64,000 bases of DNA from Parabacteroides sp. PM6-13 (GTDB lineage Bacteria; Bacteroidota; Bacteroidia; Bacteroidales; Tannerellaceae): the NCBI RefSeq assembly GCF_029892605.1, contig NZ_JARXWF010000008.1, positions 1-64,000 on the forward strand, given 5' to 3'. Numbering within the stretch: position 1 is the stretch's first letter; every line of letters begins with the position of its first letter. This document shows, in pieces, positions 1 through 10,426 of this stretch. The notes beneath the pieces were generated by a model. That model worked only from the letters and a program-made list of their open reading frames with translations, made no database searches and was not told the DNA's origin. The translations under genes were made by a program, and so were the position numbers.

Positions 1-60
1 AATCTCTTCAAAATTAAAATCTTCCATAAAAAAACTGTGTTAGCAAAGTTAATACTTTTA

Positions 61-1050
61 TTACGCTTTGCTGACACAGTTCAAATTACAGCCTCTGTTT
101 TTTGAATTTCGTTTTTCATATAGTTTCAAAACACGAGGTAAATTCGCTTTGTACTTCTCAAGATCCCATTCCATGTCTTCCTCTCGAAGATAATCGTTCA
201 GTGGTTCTAAACCAACCTCATGTCTTAATTCATCAACTTTTTCGGGATTTTGCAATGGAACAATATAGCTGTCTTCGGGGTTTTCTCCTATTATCATTTG
301 AGTACCATAAACCTGAAATTTCCCTTGATTCATTAATATTCTGTCTGTTAGAAAAGCAAATTGCCATGCTTCTGCATTACCCTCCTTAACCGCTTGCTCC
401 AAAAGAGGCAAATATTTTTCCTGAACAATTAAATCATCAACGTGCTGAATTGCCAAAAATAGAGTTTGGTTTGCTTCACTGCCAATTTCAGATTCCCCTA
501 ACCACCCAAATTCATCTATCAATTGCTGAACTCTAATAGCATTTATACTATCGACTTGCTCCATCTCTTCTCTGATTAAAAGAGTAGTTGGATTACTCAG
601 TCCTTTCGATTTTTGAACATTTAGTAACAACAGCCGAATACCTTGGTCTTCATATTGTATTTTATTTAGTTCTTTCCGTAACTCATTATTATAGTTAGCT
701 GTTATCGAATCGATGTAACCAATAAAATTCCCCCATTCATCCAAACCATGTAAGTTTTGAAAGTTATTGTCATTCCTAATTTCATCAAACATATAACCTT
801 CTGAAATCAACTCGTAAAGGTTGGAAAATGCTTGTTTATAATCCAAGTTGCTGACACTTTTTCCTGCATTAATATAATTAGGCTCAACTTCCTTGACAAA
901 CTGTAAATAGAGGGTAGGATACTCTTTCCTTAATGTTTGAATATCTTTATTTTCCAATGCTTTCAAGCAATTATCTACAATCTCATTCACTGTTTGCGCA
1001 TGAGCTAAAGTGGCTATAAATAAGAATATTAAACAAAATATTTGTCTCAT
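61..1050 (-). CDS. hypothetical secreted protein (N-terminal signal peptide)
   Basis: 329-aa ORF. N-terminus MRQIFCLIFLFIATLAHAQ is a signal peptide. No recognisable catalytic motif. Confidence 0.5.
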   Translation of the reverse strand: MRQIFCLIFLFIATLAHAQTVNEIVDNCLKALENKDIQTLRKEYPTLYLQFVKEVEPNYINAGKSVSNLDYKQAFSNLYELISEGYMFDEIRNDNNFQNLHGLDEWGNFIGYIDSITANYNNELRKELNKIQYEDQGIRLLLLNVQKSKGLSNPTTLLIREEMEQVDSINAIRVQQLIDEFGWLGESEIGSEANQTLFLAIQHVDDLIVQEKYLPLLEQAVKEGNAEAWQFAFLTDRILMNQGKFQVYGTQMIIGENPEDSYIVPLQNPEKVDELRHEVGLEPLNDYLREEDMEWDLEKYKANLPRVLKLYEKRNSKNRGCNLNCVSKA

Positions 1051-1272
1051 TTGCTTGTTATATTTATTATGGTTCCCATCTAAAAAAGACTTTTTTTACG
1101 CCTACAAATGTAGCAAATATCTGTCAGCTCGGCATAATTGCATCATAACACCTATACACCTCCTCCACCCTATTCATCGATAAAAAGGCATGATTCATCT
1201 ATTTTGTTTTTACCCCTACGGCAAAGCGACTAATATTGAAGTCTCTTTTACAAACACATAACACAATAGAAG

Positions 1273-1842
1273 ATGATGATGAAAAAAGTATGCTTATTAG
1301 TGGTATTATCCGTTTGCATAACAGCGGCTTTATCGGCACAGACAGACAGGCGGATGCCCCAAGCCCAGATGGAGCCGAAAGAAATAGCGGAACAGAAAGC
1401 GGAATTCTACCGGCAGGAGTTGGGGCTCGATGACAAACAATACAAAAAAGTGTATAAGGTCTACCTGAGCCAAGCCAAGGCTTTGCAGCCGAAAGAGAGC
1501 GAGATGCCTGCCTTCTCGGGCGAAAGACCTGCCGGAGGCCCTCCGGGTGGTGGGCAGCCAGGTGGCGGTAGCTTCGGCGGTGGGCGACCGAGTGGCGGTA
1601 TGCCTCCGGGGGATGGCGACTTCAACCGGGAAGGACGGGGCACTATGCCCGGCCGGGCCATGCCTCAGATCCCGGTAGAGTCTGAGAAAGATATCGCCAA
1701 GCGCGATAAGAAGATGAAAAAGATCCTCTCAGAAGGGCAATACCTCATCTGGCTCGATGTGGAGCAGGAGATCCAGCGGAAAGAGGAAGAGAGGAAACAA
1801 AAAGAGGAAAGAGTCAGGATGTTTACGCCTCCTGCAGAATAG
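1273..1842 (+). CDS. secreted Gly/Pro-rich low-complexity protein with Lys/Glu-rich helical ends
   Basis: Signal peptide MMMKKVCLLVVLSVCITAALSAQ. Central GGPPGGGQPGGGSFGGGRPSGG tract. Hairpin terminator follows. Confidence 0.5.
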   Translation: MMMKKVCLLVVLSVCITAALSAQTDRRMPQAQMEPKEIAEQKAEFYRQELGLDDKQYKKVYKVYLSQAKALQPKESEMPAFSGERPAGGPPGGGQPGGGSFGGGRPSGGMPPGDGDFNREGRGTMPGRAMPQIPVESEKDIAKRDKKMKKILSEGQYLIWLDVEQEIQRKEEERKQKEERVRMFTPPAE

Positions 1843-1856
1843 GTCGTTAGTCGAAC

Positions 1857-1890
1857 GAGGGTGCATCAGTCAATGCACCCTCTTCTTTTT
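1857..1890 (+). terminator. rho-independent terminator hairpin (10-bp stem gagggtgcat/atgcaccctc, then T-run)
   Basis: Perfect 10-bp inverted repeat with a 6-nt loop, followed by ttcttttt. Lies between convergent genes. Confidence 0.6.
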
Positions 1891-1891
1891 C

Positions 1892-4800
1892 TTATGGCTT
1901 TAGCACCACGCCCAGGCTTTTCTTTCCGTTCATCTTGGCTACGACGGGTTGTTCGAAGCGCACATGCCGGAGGAAATCCGATTCATAGACCGCCGGTTGC
2001 TCGTTGAGGAAGGCCTCGTCGAACCAGCCATCGCCCCGGAAGGGGTTGATCGTGAAGTAACCTACGCCAAACGAAGTGAGGTTCTGGAAGAAGTGGGTGC
2101 CCTGACTTGGGTCGATCCGGTAGTTTTCTAAGCCACATTCTACAATCACACGGGCATTGCTGATATGCGGCCATTTCACCGGGATGCCCAACCAATGGTC
2201 GCTGCTCCCCCAACGGCCGGGACCGACTAACACATAGCCTTGCTCCCTGTCGGTGAACTGCCGGTTTACCTTTTCTATTTCATAGGCGATCAATTGGTTG
2301 TTCGATGAATTGAACGCACTGGTCTTCACATAGATCACATCGTAGACATCGCCTATGATGCCGTGTCCCAACACGCTGGTGGAGGAGATAATCGTATCTT
2401 CCTGGGGAACAAACGTAAGGTCTTCCTCCATAATCTCCTTATTGTCGACAGTCGGACGTATCTGCAACAGATAGAAGGTCGCCTTGGAGGGATCGTCGGG
2501 GTGGATATTGACCGCGAACTCGATCTCGATCGGCCGTGCCATCTCCGCCTGCCCGATATGCAGAAGCTCATCCAATGTCTGCGCCAGCGGGAATACATCG
2601 TGTTGCAGGATATTGACAAAAGAGAGGATTTTCCGCCCTCCGTCGTAATAGCCGTCGCGGATAATCTGATCATAGGGGTCGTAGGTCGATACAATATAGC
2701 GCAACGACCCGTCGGCATCGGCCTCTTTCAGGGAGAGACGCAATAGGTTGAAAGAATCATCGACCGAGAAATGCTCCGCCAGGTTATCCAGATCGAGCGC
2801 GTAGAAACGGGTTTGCGTTTCACGAAGCGCAAAATCCATCGTGCTCATCTGAAGGATATTATGCGGATAGCGGGGCGAGAAACGAAGGGTTTGTCCCCCG
2901 TCAACAATATATTTCCCCAAGCCAAGGGCGATATTGACGATGCCGTCTTCCGCCTTTTCGTTACCGATCGGGTAGAAGTTGAGCGAACGCCCCACGCCGG
3001 AAATGGTCGGGTAGTAATGGTTGTTATAGCGTGTCCCAACCACCTCCTGCAAAACGATGGCCATTTTCTCCTGGTCGATCAGGTTGGAGGTAGCCGTCAT
3101 ATAGGCCTTACTGTCGGTATAAAAAACAGAGGCATAGACCGCTTTGATCGCATCGCTCACCGTGCGCAGCATATCATATTTATCTTCGGTCTTGGGAACC
3201 ATATAGGTCGAATAGATCCCGGCAAACGGTTGGTAGTGGGAGTCCTCGAGCAGACTGGAGGAACGCACCGCTAACGGTCCCTTCACTACGTCGAAGAAAG
3301 CCATCAAATCCTCGATCAATTCAGTCGGCAGGCTGGCACGTAGGAAATGATTCAGAATCACTTCGTCATTGTCCTCATGCAGGGCAATCGGATAAAGATC
3401 GTTGGATTCCATGAAATCGTCGAACACATCCGTACAGATCACCACCGTTTTGGGAATGGTCACGCTGAAATTCTCCCTGTCTAATTCGGGATAACGCTTC
3501 ACCATCGCCCCGATAAACGCCAGACCTCTCCCTTTTCCTCCCAGCGAACCGTTGCCGATACGGGCAAAGTTACTGTATTCGTCGAAACGCTCCTTCTGGT
3601 AGACAGCGACTACCCCGGAGTTTTTCATGCGGCGGTATTGCACGATCAGGTCGAAGATCAATTGACGCGCTTCATCCATGTCTTTATAATCGCTGACATC
3701 CACATTCTTTAATACCTCCGCAGGAGGGAACATGGCGCGTGAATAGAAGAAGCGCGAGAAGTGATTGCGCGACAGGTGGTAGATCAATGACTCGTCGGGT
3801 ATATCGAATATCTTCTTCTGCAAATCCTTCAGATCCTTGATGCGCATGATCTCCTCTTTGGTTTGTGGGTTGAGGATCACGAAATCACCAAAGCCGAAGT
3901 GGCGCATGATCTTCTTTTTCAGGTCCTGCGGATAGCTCTTCGAATTCTTATCGATGAAAGAGGCTTGCAGTTCTTTGGCGTATACACTGTTGGACGATTC
4001 GGACGATTCCAGGATGATGGGGATCACTAAGCCCGATTTGCGCACATAATGGCCGAACTTAAACCCGGCAAGCGGGTCTTTCATGCCGTCGTTCGTGAAG
4101 CTCATATCGGAGATAATACCCAGAATATGATTGCGGTATTGGTCGAAAATACGGACAGCCTCTTCATAGGTACGTGCCAGTTTGATCTTCGGACGACCAC
4201 GCATACGCAGCGTTCGCTGGTGGTCGTTGAGCGCCTCTTTGGCAAACTCCCGGCTCTGTTCCAATACGAAACGATACAAATGCGGCAGGGCGGACGAATA
4301 GAAACGGATCGAGTCCTCGACCAGGAGGATGATCTGCACGCCGACACTCTCGACATCGTCGGGCGCGTTCATCTTGTCTTCCAGTAGTTTGATGATGGCA
4401 AGCAAGAGTTCCGCATTGCCCAGCCAACTGAAGATATAATCGATCGCCTCCATGTCTTCGCTGGCCACGCGCTTCGATACCTCTTTGGAAAAGGGGGTCA
4501 ATACCACGATCGGGATCGCAGGATAATGGCGTTTAATCTCTTTGGCGGCGGCAAAGATGTCCTTGTCGTCCATATTCGGCATGCAGATGATCAACTCGAA
4601 ATTACGATCGGCCAGCTCCGCAAGCGCCTCCGCCTCGGTAGTTACCTGCGTGAACCGCGGAGGATAGCGCAGGCTAAGGGAGGTATATTCATTGAATAAC
4701 TGTTCGTCGATGCGTCCATCGTCTTCCAGCATAAAAGCATCGTACTTGGTTGCAATCAACAACACATTAAAAATACGCTTATTCATCAGGTTCGCAAACG

Positions 4801-4915
4801 AGGTGTCGCGAAAAACTAAATTTTTGAAGTCCGGTATACCACTCATAGGATATTTAACACTTTTACTATCCAAAAGTAAGCAAAAAAGTTTGCCAATCCA
4901 CAAAATTGCATACAT
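1892..4915 (-). CDS. PEP/pyruvate-binding (PPDK N-terminal-like) domain protein with N-terminal receiver-like domain; putative phosphotransferase
   Basis: 1007 aa. N-terminal CheY-like segment. Central GNGSLGGKGRGLAFI motif typical of the pyruvate phosphate dikinase / PEP synthase nucleotide-binding domain. Confidence 0.5.
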   Translation of the reverse strand: MYAILWIGKLFCLLLDSKSVKYPMSGIPDFKNLVFRDTSFANLMNKRIFNVLLIATKYDAFMLEDDGRIDEQLFNEYTSLSLRYPPRFTQVTTEAEALAELADRNFELIICMPNMDDKDIFAAAKEIKRHYPAIPIVVLTPFSKEVSKRVASEDMEAIDYIFSWLGNAELLLAIIKLLEDKMNAPDDVESVGVQIILLVEDSIRFYSSALPHLYRFVLEQSREFAKEALNDHQRTLRMRGRPKIKLARTYEEAVRIFDQYRNHILGIISDMSFTNDGMKDPLAGFKFGHYVRKSGLVIPIILESSESSNSVYAKELQASFIDKNSKSYPQDLKKKIMRHFGFGDFVILNPQTKEEIMRIKDLKDLQKKIFDIPDESLIYHLSRNHFSRFFYSRAMFPPAEVLKNVDVSDYKDMDEARQLIFDLIVQYRRMKNSGVVAVYQKERFDEYSNFARIGNGSLGGKGRGLAFIGAMVKRYPELDRENFSVTIPKTVVICTDVFDDFMESNDLYPIALHEDNDEVILNHFLRASLPTELIEDLMAFFDVVKGPLAVRSSSLLEDSHYQPFAGIYSTYMVPKTEDKYDMLRTVSDAIKAVYASVFYTDSKAYMTATSNLIDQEKMAIVLQEVVGTRYNNHYYPTISGVGRSLNFYPIGNEKAEDGIVNIALGLGKYIVDGGQTLRFSPRYPHNILQMSTMDFALRETQTRFYALDLDNLAEHFSVDDSFNLLRLSLKEADADGSLRYIVSTYDPYDQIIRDGYYDGGRKILSFVNILQHDVFPLAQTLDELLHIGQAEMARPIEIEFAVNIHPDDPSKATFYLLQIRPTVDNKEIMEEDLTFVPQEDTIISSTSVLGHGIIGDVYDVIYVKTSAFNSSNNQLIAYEIEKVNRQFTDREQGYVLVGPGRWGSSDHWLGIPVKWPHISNARVIVECGLENYRIDPSQGTHFFQNLTSFGVGYFTINPFRGDGWFDEAFLNEQPAVYESDFLRHVRFEQPVVAKMNGKKSLGVVLKP

Positions 4916-4918
4916 TTG
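4911..4918 (+). promoter_or_regulatory. Bacteroides sigma-A -7 box (TAcaTTTG) for gdhA
   Basis: Matches the TAnnTTTG consensus 37 bp upstream of the gdhA ATG. A TTTG (-33-like) lies 23 bp further upstream. Confidence 0.4.
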
Positions 4919-4954
4919 TGAGCATATTGTTATTCCTTTAAAACATTAAACACT

Positions 4955-6289
4955 ATGAAGACAGATGAATTCATGAACGCCTTAGAAGCAAAGCATCCGG
5001 GAGAAAAGGAGTATTTGCAGGCAGTAAAGGAGGTTTTAATCTCCATTGAAGAAGTGTATAACCAACACCCTGAATTTGAAAAAGCAAAAATCATTGAACG
5101 CCTTGTAGAACCCGATCGTATCTTCACGTTCCGGGTGGCTTGGGTAGACGACAAAGGAGAGGTTCAGGTAAACCTGGGCTATCGTGTACAATTCAACAAT
5201 TCCATTGGCCCGTATAAAGGGGGATTGCGTTTCCATCCTTCTGTAAACCTGTCTATCCTGAAATTCTTAGGATTCGAGCAAACATTCAAAAACGCGTTGA
5301 CCACGTTGCCTATGGGTGGTGGTAAAGGCGGATCGGATTTTGCTCCCCGTGGTAAAAGCGATGCGGAAATCATGCGTTTCTGCCAGGCTTATATGCTGGA
5401 GTTGTGGCGTAATATCGGCCCTGATACCGATGTGCCTGCCGGAGATATCGGCGTAGGTGGTCGTGAAGTAGCTTATATGTATGGTATGTATAAGAAGCTC
5501 GCACGCGAGAACACCGGTACGATGACCGGTAAAGGCATGGAGTTCGGAGGTTCTATCCTGCGTCCCGAAGCAACCGGTTTTGGCGCGCTCTATTTCGTAA
5601 AACAGATGCTCGAAGCGAATAATATCGACATAAAGGGCAAGACAGTGGCTTTGTCCGGATTCGGTAACGTAGCCTGGGGTGCTGCTCTGAAGGCGACCGA
5701 GATGGGTGCGAAAGTGGTAACGATCTCCGGCCCCGACGGATATGTGTATGATCCCGATGGCATCTCCGGCGAGAAGATCGATTATATGTTGGAACTGCGT
5801 AACTCAGGAAACGACATTGTCGAACCATACGTACAAGAATTCCCGAATGCCCAGTTCTTCGCAGGCAAACGTCCTTGGGGACAAAAGGTGGACATCGCGC
5901 TTCCTTGTGCTACCCAAAACGAATTGGGTGAAGCCGATGCTCGTCAATTGATCGAGAACAAGACGCTTTGCGTAGCCGAAGTATCCAATATGGGATGTAC
6001 GGCAGAAGCAGCCGATCTGTTCGTTGAGCATAAGGTATTGTTTGGCCCCGGAAAGGCGGTGAACGCAGGTGGTGTGGCTACTTCCGGTCTGGAAATGACA
6101 CAGAACGCCATGCATATCTCCTGGACAGCCGAAGAGGTGGATGCCAAACTGCAACAGATCATGACCGCTATCCACAACCAATGTGTGATGTATGGTCGCG
6201 AAGGCGAATATGTAAACTACGTGAAAGGCGCCAATGTAGCCGGCTTTATGAAAGTCGCCAAGGCTATGATGGCACAGGGAGTCATCTAA
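4955..6289 (+). CDS. gdhA: NAD(P)-dependent glutamate dehydrogenase
   Basis: 444 aa. Classic GDH motifs PMGGGKGGSDFAPRGKSD and a Rossmann GFGNVAWG. Confidence 0.95.
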   Translation: MKTDEFMNALEAKHPGEKEYLQAVKEVLISIEEVYNQHPEFEKAKIIERLVEPDRIFTFRVAWVDDKGEVQVNLGYRVQFNNSIGPYKGGLRFHPSVNLSILKFLGFEQTFKNALTTLPMGGGKGGSDFAPRGKSDAEIMRFCQAYMLELWRNIGPDTDVPAGDIGVGGREVAYMYGMYKKLARENTGTMTGKGMEFGGSILRPEATGFGALYFVKQMLEANNIDIKGKTVALSGFGNVAWGAALKATEMGAKVVTISGPDGYVYDPDGISGEKIDYMLELRNSGNDIVEPYVQEFPNAQFFAGKRPWGQKVDIALPCATQNELGEADARQLIENKTLCVAEVSNMGCTAEAADLFVEHKVLFGPGKAVNAGGVATSGLEMTQNAMHISWTAEEVDAKLQQIMTAIHNQCVMYGREGEYVNYVKGANVAGFMKVAKAMMAQGVI

Positions 6290-6296
6290 ATAAATG

Positions 6297-6370
6297 AAGA
6301 ATGAGGGATGAAGAATGAAGAATTTTAAGATTCTTCGATTCCTCATTCTTCATTCTTCATTCTTCATTCT
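6297..6370. terminator. REP-like palindromic hairpin (gaatgaagaat repeats), bidirectional terminator between gdhA and the Lrp gene
   Basis: Imperfect inverted repeat of gaagaatga(g)ggatgaagaat / attcttcattc. The same motif family recurs at 43326..43379. Confidence 0.55.
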
Positions 6371-6372
6371 CT

Positions 6373-6834
6373 TCAGATTCCCACCCCATAACCATGCTTC
6401 AACTCTGCCATGACAAACGTGCTGGTCAGCGAACCTAAGCTCTCGATCGTGCCCAGAACATTCAGGATAAACGCCTGGTAGTATTTCATGTCCGGCGCAT
6501 GGATCTTCAGTAGAAAGTCATACTCTCCCGACACATTGTAACACTCGGTCACCTCAGGAATCTCCTGTATGATACGGGAAAATTCGGCAGCGATATCGCG
6601 GTTGAGCCTCCTCAATTTGACACTACAAAAAACCACAAACCCGAGGTTTAGCTTGTCGGCATCCAATATAGCTACATACTTCTTGATATACCCCTCTCCT
6701 TCCAAGCGTTTCAAACGCTCGAATACCGGGGTGGTCGACAGATTCACCTGTCCCGCCAGCTCCTTGGTGGTCAGCTTGCAATTGTTTTGCAAAATGCGCA
6801 AAAGCTGTAAGTCAATTTTATCCAACGTCTCCAT
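6373..6834 (-). CDS. Lrp/AsnC family transcriptional regulator
   Basis: 153 aa. N-terminal HTH (DLQLLRILQNNCKLTTKELAGQVNLSTTPVFERLKRLE) plus a C-terminal RAM/ACT-like domain. Confidence 0.85.
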   Translation of the reverse strand: METLDKIDLQLLRILQNNCKLTTKELAGQVNLSTTPVFERLKRLEGEGYIKKYVAILDADKLNLGFVVFCSVKLRRLNRDIAAEFSRIIQEIPEVTECYNVSGEYDFLLKIHAPDMKYYQAFILNVLGTIESLGSLTSTFVMAELKHGYGVGI

Positions 6835-7013
6835 AGAATATTATTCTGTTTAGGGTTTCTTTTTCTTTTCCAATTAGAATATTTATACTACACAGAAAGC
6901 AAAAATAGTTATATATTCCATATTTCAACGTTTTCTTGTTTGATATTTCTGCACCCCATACCTTTGTCGGAAAATAATCAACACGAGTCAATCACTCTTA
7001 AAAAGAAAAGAAT

Positions 7014-8300
7014 ATGGAAACAAGAAAATGGCATTACGAAACACTGCAGCTTCATGCAGGACAAGAAACACCCGACACTGCTACCGGCGCACGGGCGGTC
7101 CCTATCTACCAGACTACCTCCTATGTTTTCCACGATTCGGCGCATGCCGCCGCCCGGTTTGGGTTGAGCGACGCGGGTAATATCTACGGACGCCTGACCA
7201 ATCCTACCCAGAGCGTTTTCGAACAACGGATGGCCGCGCTCGAAGGGGGTGTTGCCGCCCTGGCTGTGGCCTCCGGAGCCGCCGCCCTCACCTATGCCTT
7301 TGAGAATATCACCCGGGCAGGCGACCATATCGTCTCCGCCAAGACCATCTATGGGGGCACGTTCAACCTCCTGGCGAACACCCTGCCCGCTTACGGAATC
7401 ACGACCACCTTCGTCGATCCCTCCGACCTCTCTCATTTCGAAGAGGCGATCCAAGAAAATACAAAGGCTGTCTTTGTGGAGACATTAGGCAATCCCCACT
7501 CCAATATCATCGACCTGGAAGCAGTGGCAACCATCGCCCACAAACACCATATTCCCTTGATTGTCGATAATACGTTCGGCACGCCCTTTCTGATTCGACC
7601 CATCGAGTGGGGAGCGGATATTGTCGTACATTCGGCCACAAAGTTTATAGGCGGCCACGGCTCTTCCCTGGGTGGGGTAATCATCGATGCCGGCCGGTTC
7701 GACTGGAGCGCCACCGGTAAATTCCCGCAGCTGACGGAGCCCGACGCCAGTTACCACGGGCTCCGTTTTGTCGAAGCAGCCGGAGCGGCAGCCTACATCA
7801 CCCGCATCCGGGCCATCCTGCTCCGTGATACGGGAGCAGCCATCAGTCCCATCAATGCGTTTATTCTGTTGCAAGGCCTGGAAACGCTTTCGCTCCGGGT
7901 GGAGCGGCATGTGGAAAATGCCCTGGCAGTCGTCCATTTCCTAAAAAACCATCCGAAAGTAAAACGGGTGAACCACCCCGTCCTGCCCGAGCATCCGGAT
8001 CATCACCTGTACGATCGTTATTTCCCGCGCGGTGCAGGCTCCATCTTCACCTTCGAAGTAGCGGGAGGGCAAGAGGAGGCACATCGTTTCATCGACAGCC
8101 TGGAAATCTTCTCCCTGTTAGCCAATGTAGCAGATGTGAAATCGCTGGTGATTCATCCGGCCACCACCACCCATTCGCAACTGAGTGAAGCGCAACTGGC
8201 CGAGCAGGGCATCACACCGGGCACGGTACGCCTGTCAATAGGCACGGAACATATAGAGGATTTATTAGCCGATCTGGAACAAGGGCTGGCTGCCCTGTAA
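7014..8300 (+). CDS. metY: O-acetylhomoserine aminocarboxypropyltransferase / sulfhydrylase (PLP-dependent)
   Basis: 428 aa. Cys/Met-metabolism PLP enzyme family. N-terminus WHYETLQLHAGQ and the PLP-lysine region SATKFIGGHG. Confidence 0.85.
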   Translation: METRKWHYETLQLHAGQETPDTATGARAVPIYQTTSYVFHDSAHAAARFGLSDAGNIYGRLTNPTQSVFEQRMAALEGGVAALAVASGAAALTYAFENITRAGDHIVSAKTIYGGTFNLLANTLPAYGITTTFVDPSDLSHFEEAIQENTKAVFVETLGNPHSNIIDLEAVATIAHKHHIPLIVDNTFGTPFLIRPIEWGADIVVHSATKFIGGHGSSLGGVIIDAGRFDWSATGKFPQLTEPDASYHGLRFVEAAGAAAYITRIRAILLRDTGAAISPINAFILLQGLETLSLRVERHVENALAVVHFLKNHPKVKRVNHPVLPEHPDHHLYDRYFPRGAGSIFTFEVAGGQEEAHRFIDSLEIFSLLANVADVKSLVIHPATTTHSQLSEAQLAEQGITPGTVRLSIGTEHIEDLLADLEQGLAAL

Positions 8301-8307
8301 GGCCGCC

Positions 8308-8865
8308 CTATTTCACCTTTCCCGGATTGCGGGCGATATAGTCTTTCCAGCCGGTATATTTCTTGTCGGAGACTGGGTTGTTGGCCTGCAGGTAATGGCA
8401 GACAGCCGCCGCCAGGCCGTCGGTCGCATCCAGTTCGGGAATCATCGATTCGTTGGGGATATGCAGGATCCGTTGCAACATAGCCGCCACCTGCTCTTTA
8501 GCGGCTTTCCCGTTGCCGGTGATAGCCATCTTGATCTTCAATGGGGCATATTCAAAAATAGGGATATCCTTCGCCAGCGCTGCCGCCATGGCTACGCCCT
8601 GCGCACGTCCCAATTTCAGCATACTCTGCACGTTTTTCCCATAAAAGGGCGCTTCGATAGCCAGTTCGTCGGGATGATACTCATCAATGAGCGCCGATAC
8701 GCGTTCGAATATCTTCCGCAACCGCAGGTAATGGTCGTCGTATTTATTGAGCTGAAGCACCCCCATGACGATCAGTTGCGGACGGTTACCGGTCACTTTC
8801 AATAGGCCGTATCCCATCACAATCGTTCCCGGGTCGATGCCCAATATGATGCGTTCCTTACTCAT
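8308..8865 (-). CDS. ruvC: crossover junction endodeoxyribonuclease RuvC
   Basis: 185 aa. [17 protein letters not shown]-terminus and RNase-H-like catalytic acidic residues. Confidence 0.9.
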   Translation of the reverse strand: MSKERIILGIDPGTIVMGYGLLKVTGNRPQLIVMGVLQLNKYDDHYLRLRKIFERVSALIDEYHPDELAIEAPFYGKNVQSMLKLGRAQGVAMAAALAKDIPIFEYAPLKIKMAITGNGKAAKEQVAAMLQRILHIPNESMIPELDATDGLAAAVCHYLQANNPVSDKKYTGWKDYIARNPGKVK

Positions 8866-9178
8866 GCGCCCAGTCTATTTCATCCAACAGGGTAGTAAAG
8901 CCCACGATCTTACTGCCAAAGCGTTCGATCAGCTTTTGATGCAACATATTACCTTCTCCTTCCAGCCAATATTGCAGGGTCTCAATATTTTTCACATGAA
9001 ACTGAACAGAATAACTCTCGCCTTCTCCCTCCTCACTCATCTGAATCACCCGGCGCAAACAGGGAGCATGAAGGAAACCGCTGGCTGCCGCCTGCGGAAT
9101 ATAAATCTTTCGAAGATGCAAAAGAGCCTCCTCCAGAATCTCTTTCTCTATATGAAAAGTGGTATTATAAACTATCAT
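8858..9178 (-). CDS. small conserved hypothetical protein overlapping the ruvC start
   Basis: 106-aa ORF with an 8-nt overlap onto ruvC, suggesting an operon. Confidence 0.45.
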   Translation of the reverse strand: MIVYNTTFHIEKEILEEALLHLRKIYIPQAAASGFLHAPCLRRVIQMSEEGEGESYSVQFHVKNIETLQYWLEGEGNMLHQKLIERFGSKIVGFTTLLDEIDWAHE

Positions 9179-9328
9179 GGTGTCTATGCGCTATCTTTCC
9201 CACAAAGGTAGTGAATTAACCATCGCACCGCAACGTCTGAGGCAAACTCAAAAAAAATATACCTTCGCGAAACAAAAACCATGTAATATAAGAAAAATAA
9301 CTATATTTGCACCGCAAACGACCGATAT

Positions 9329-9402
9329 GGGGCATTAGCTCATCTGGCTAGAGCGTTAGACTGGCAGTCTAAAGGTGATCGGTTCGAGTCCGATATGCTC
9401 CA
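9329..9402 (+). tRNA. tRNA-Ala (anticodon GGC)
   Basis: Manual cloverleaf. Acceptor GGGGCAU/AUGCUCC, D-stem GCUC/GAGC, anticodon stem UUAGA/UCUAA with loop CUGGCAG, T-arm AUCGG-UUCGAGU-CCGAU. CCA not encoded. Confidence 0.85.
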
Positions 9403-9407
9403 CAAAT
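9391..9407. repeat. attL core (17 bp cgatatgctccacaaat) overlapping the tRNA-Ala 3' end
   Basis: Identical 17-mer recurs at 23669..23685 in direct orientation. Confidence 0.8.
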
Positions 9408-9566
9408 AAGGCTAAGTATTAGCGAGTTACAAAATTTACACCCAGATTTACACCCATAAATGTAGATTTGGGTGTTCTTTTTGAATAAAAATCCCCCGAA
9501 CCTCAACTGAAATCCGGGGGCAACCTGTCGTTTCAACAAAAATGTTGAAGCGTACAATGGCTTCTG

Positions 9567-9836
9567 TTAGTTCTCAATCTGCTTATCGATCTCTTCTTCT
9601 GCCCTATCAAAGAAGAAAACACCTATCAGTTCCGCTATATCAGTCCCGAACTCGCATAAGGTGTCGCTTATGTTGCCGAGCTTCTCGGTGCGTTTAATAT
9701 AAGGCTCTAACTCTTCTGTGTCCATAAGTGCATTTACTTTACTACGTGCTTCTTTTAACGCTATAATCACTTCGAGTAATCCGGTATGCACAGCTTCGAT
9801 CTTTACTTTGTCTATGTCTATGTCTATTGTTTTCAT
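9567..9836 (-). CDS. hypothetical small protein (element-borne)
   Basis: 89-aa ORF overlapping the next ORF by 4 nt in a compact operon. Confidence 0.4.
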   Translation of the reverse strand: MKTIDIDIDKVKIEAVHTGLLEVIIALKEARSKVNALMDTEELEPYIKRTEKLGNISDTLCEFGTDIAELIGVFFFDRAEEEIDKQIEN

Positions 9837-10069
9837 ATTGTTTCATCTATTTGCTTTTCAAATCTATACCCTGCTACCGACCCAATAAATTTAGCTACTT
9901 GGGCGATCCATTCATTTAGATCGGTGTGCATATCGCAGAGGTCTTCTTTACAATAGTCTATCTCTTGATCTTCTTGCAACTCCATAGCTTTGTTACGTGC
10001 TTTAATAATTAGCTCTTCCAACTCTAATAACCCCTCGTGTAAAAGGGTGTGTGAAATGTTTGTTTTCAT
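9833..10069 (-). CDS. hypothetical small protein (element-borne)
   Basis: 78-aa ORF with an overlapping stop/start. Confidence 0.4.
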   Translation of the reverse strand: MKTNISHTLLHEGLLELEELIIKARNKAMELQEDQEIDYCKEDLCDMHTDLNEWIAQVAKFIGSVAGYRFEKQIDETI

Positions 10070-10095
10070 ATCTATATCAATTAATTATTATTACT

Positions 10096-10278
10096 TTATT
10101 GTTCTTCGCTCAATATGCGGATGACCCACGCCAAGTCGCAAAGATTATCCATTTCTAACGGCAGGTTACCTGTTGCGTCCACCATTAGGTTGATTAAACC
10201 CTCTCTTATCTTCTTGACACTTCCTTTGTCTACGACTTCGGGATCAATCACTACTTTACCGTCAATTTCTTTTACCAT
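10096..10278 (-). CDS. hypothetical small protein
   Basis: 60-aa ORF. Confidence 0.3.
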   Translation of the reverse strand: MVKEIDGKVVIDPEVVDKGSVKKIREGLINLMVDATGNLPLEMDNLCDLAWVIRILSEEQ

Positions 10279-10426
10279 GATTATACGTTTTTAATGTTGT
10301 TTTTAATAGGGGGAAATCCCATCTTTAATTTATAAGCCATTTTAAGGCGATTTAAGACATTTTCTTTTCAAATCATACATCTATACCGTAAATCCGAAAT
10401 ATCACCGCAAATCGCCCCTAATAGCT

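Noticed and set aside
1461-1661. 66-aa Pro-rich minus-strand ORF
   Set aside because: Mirror of the Gly/Pro-rich tract of the plus-strand secreted protein.
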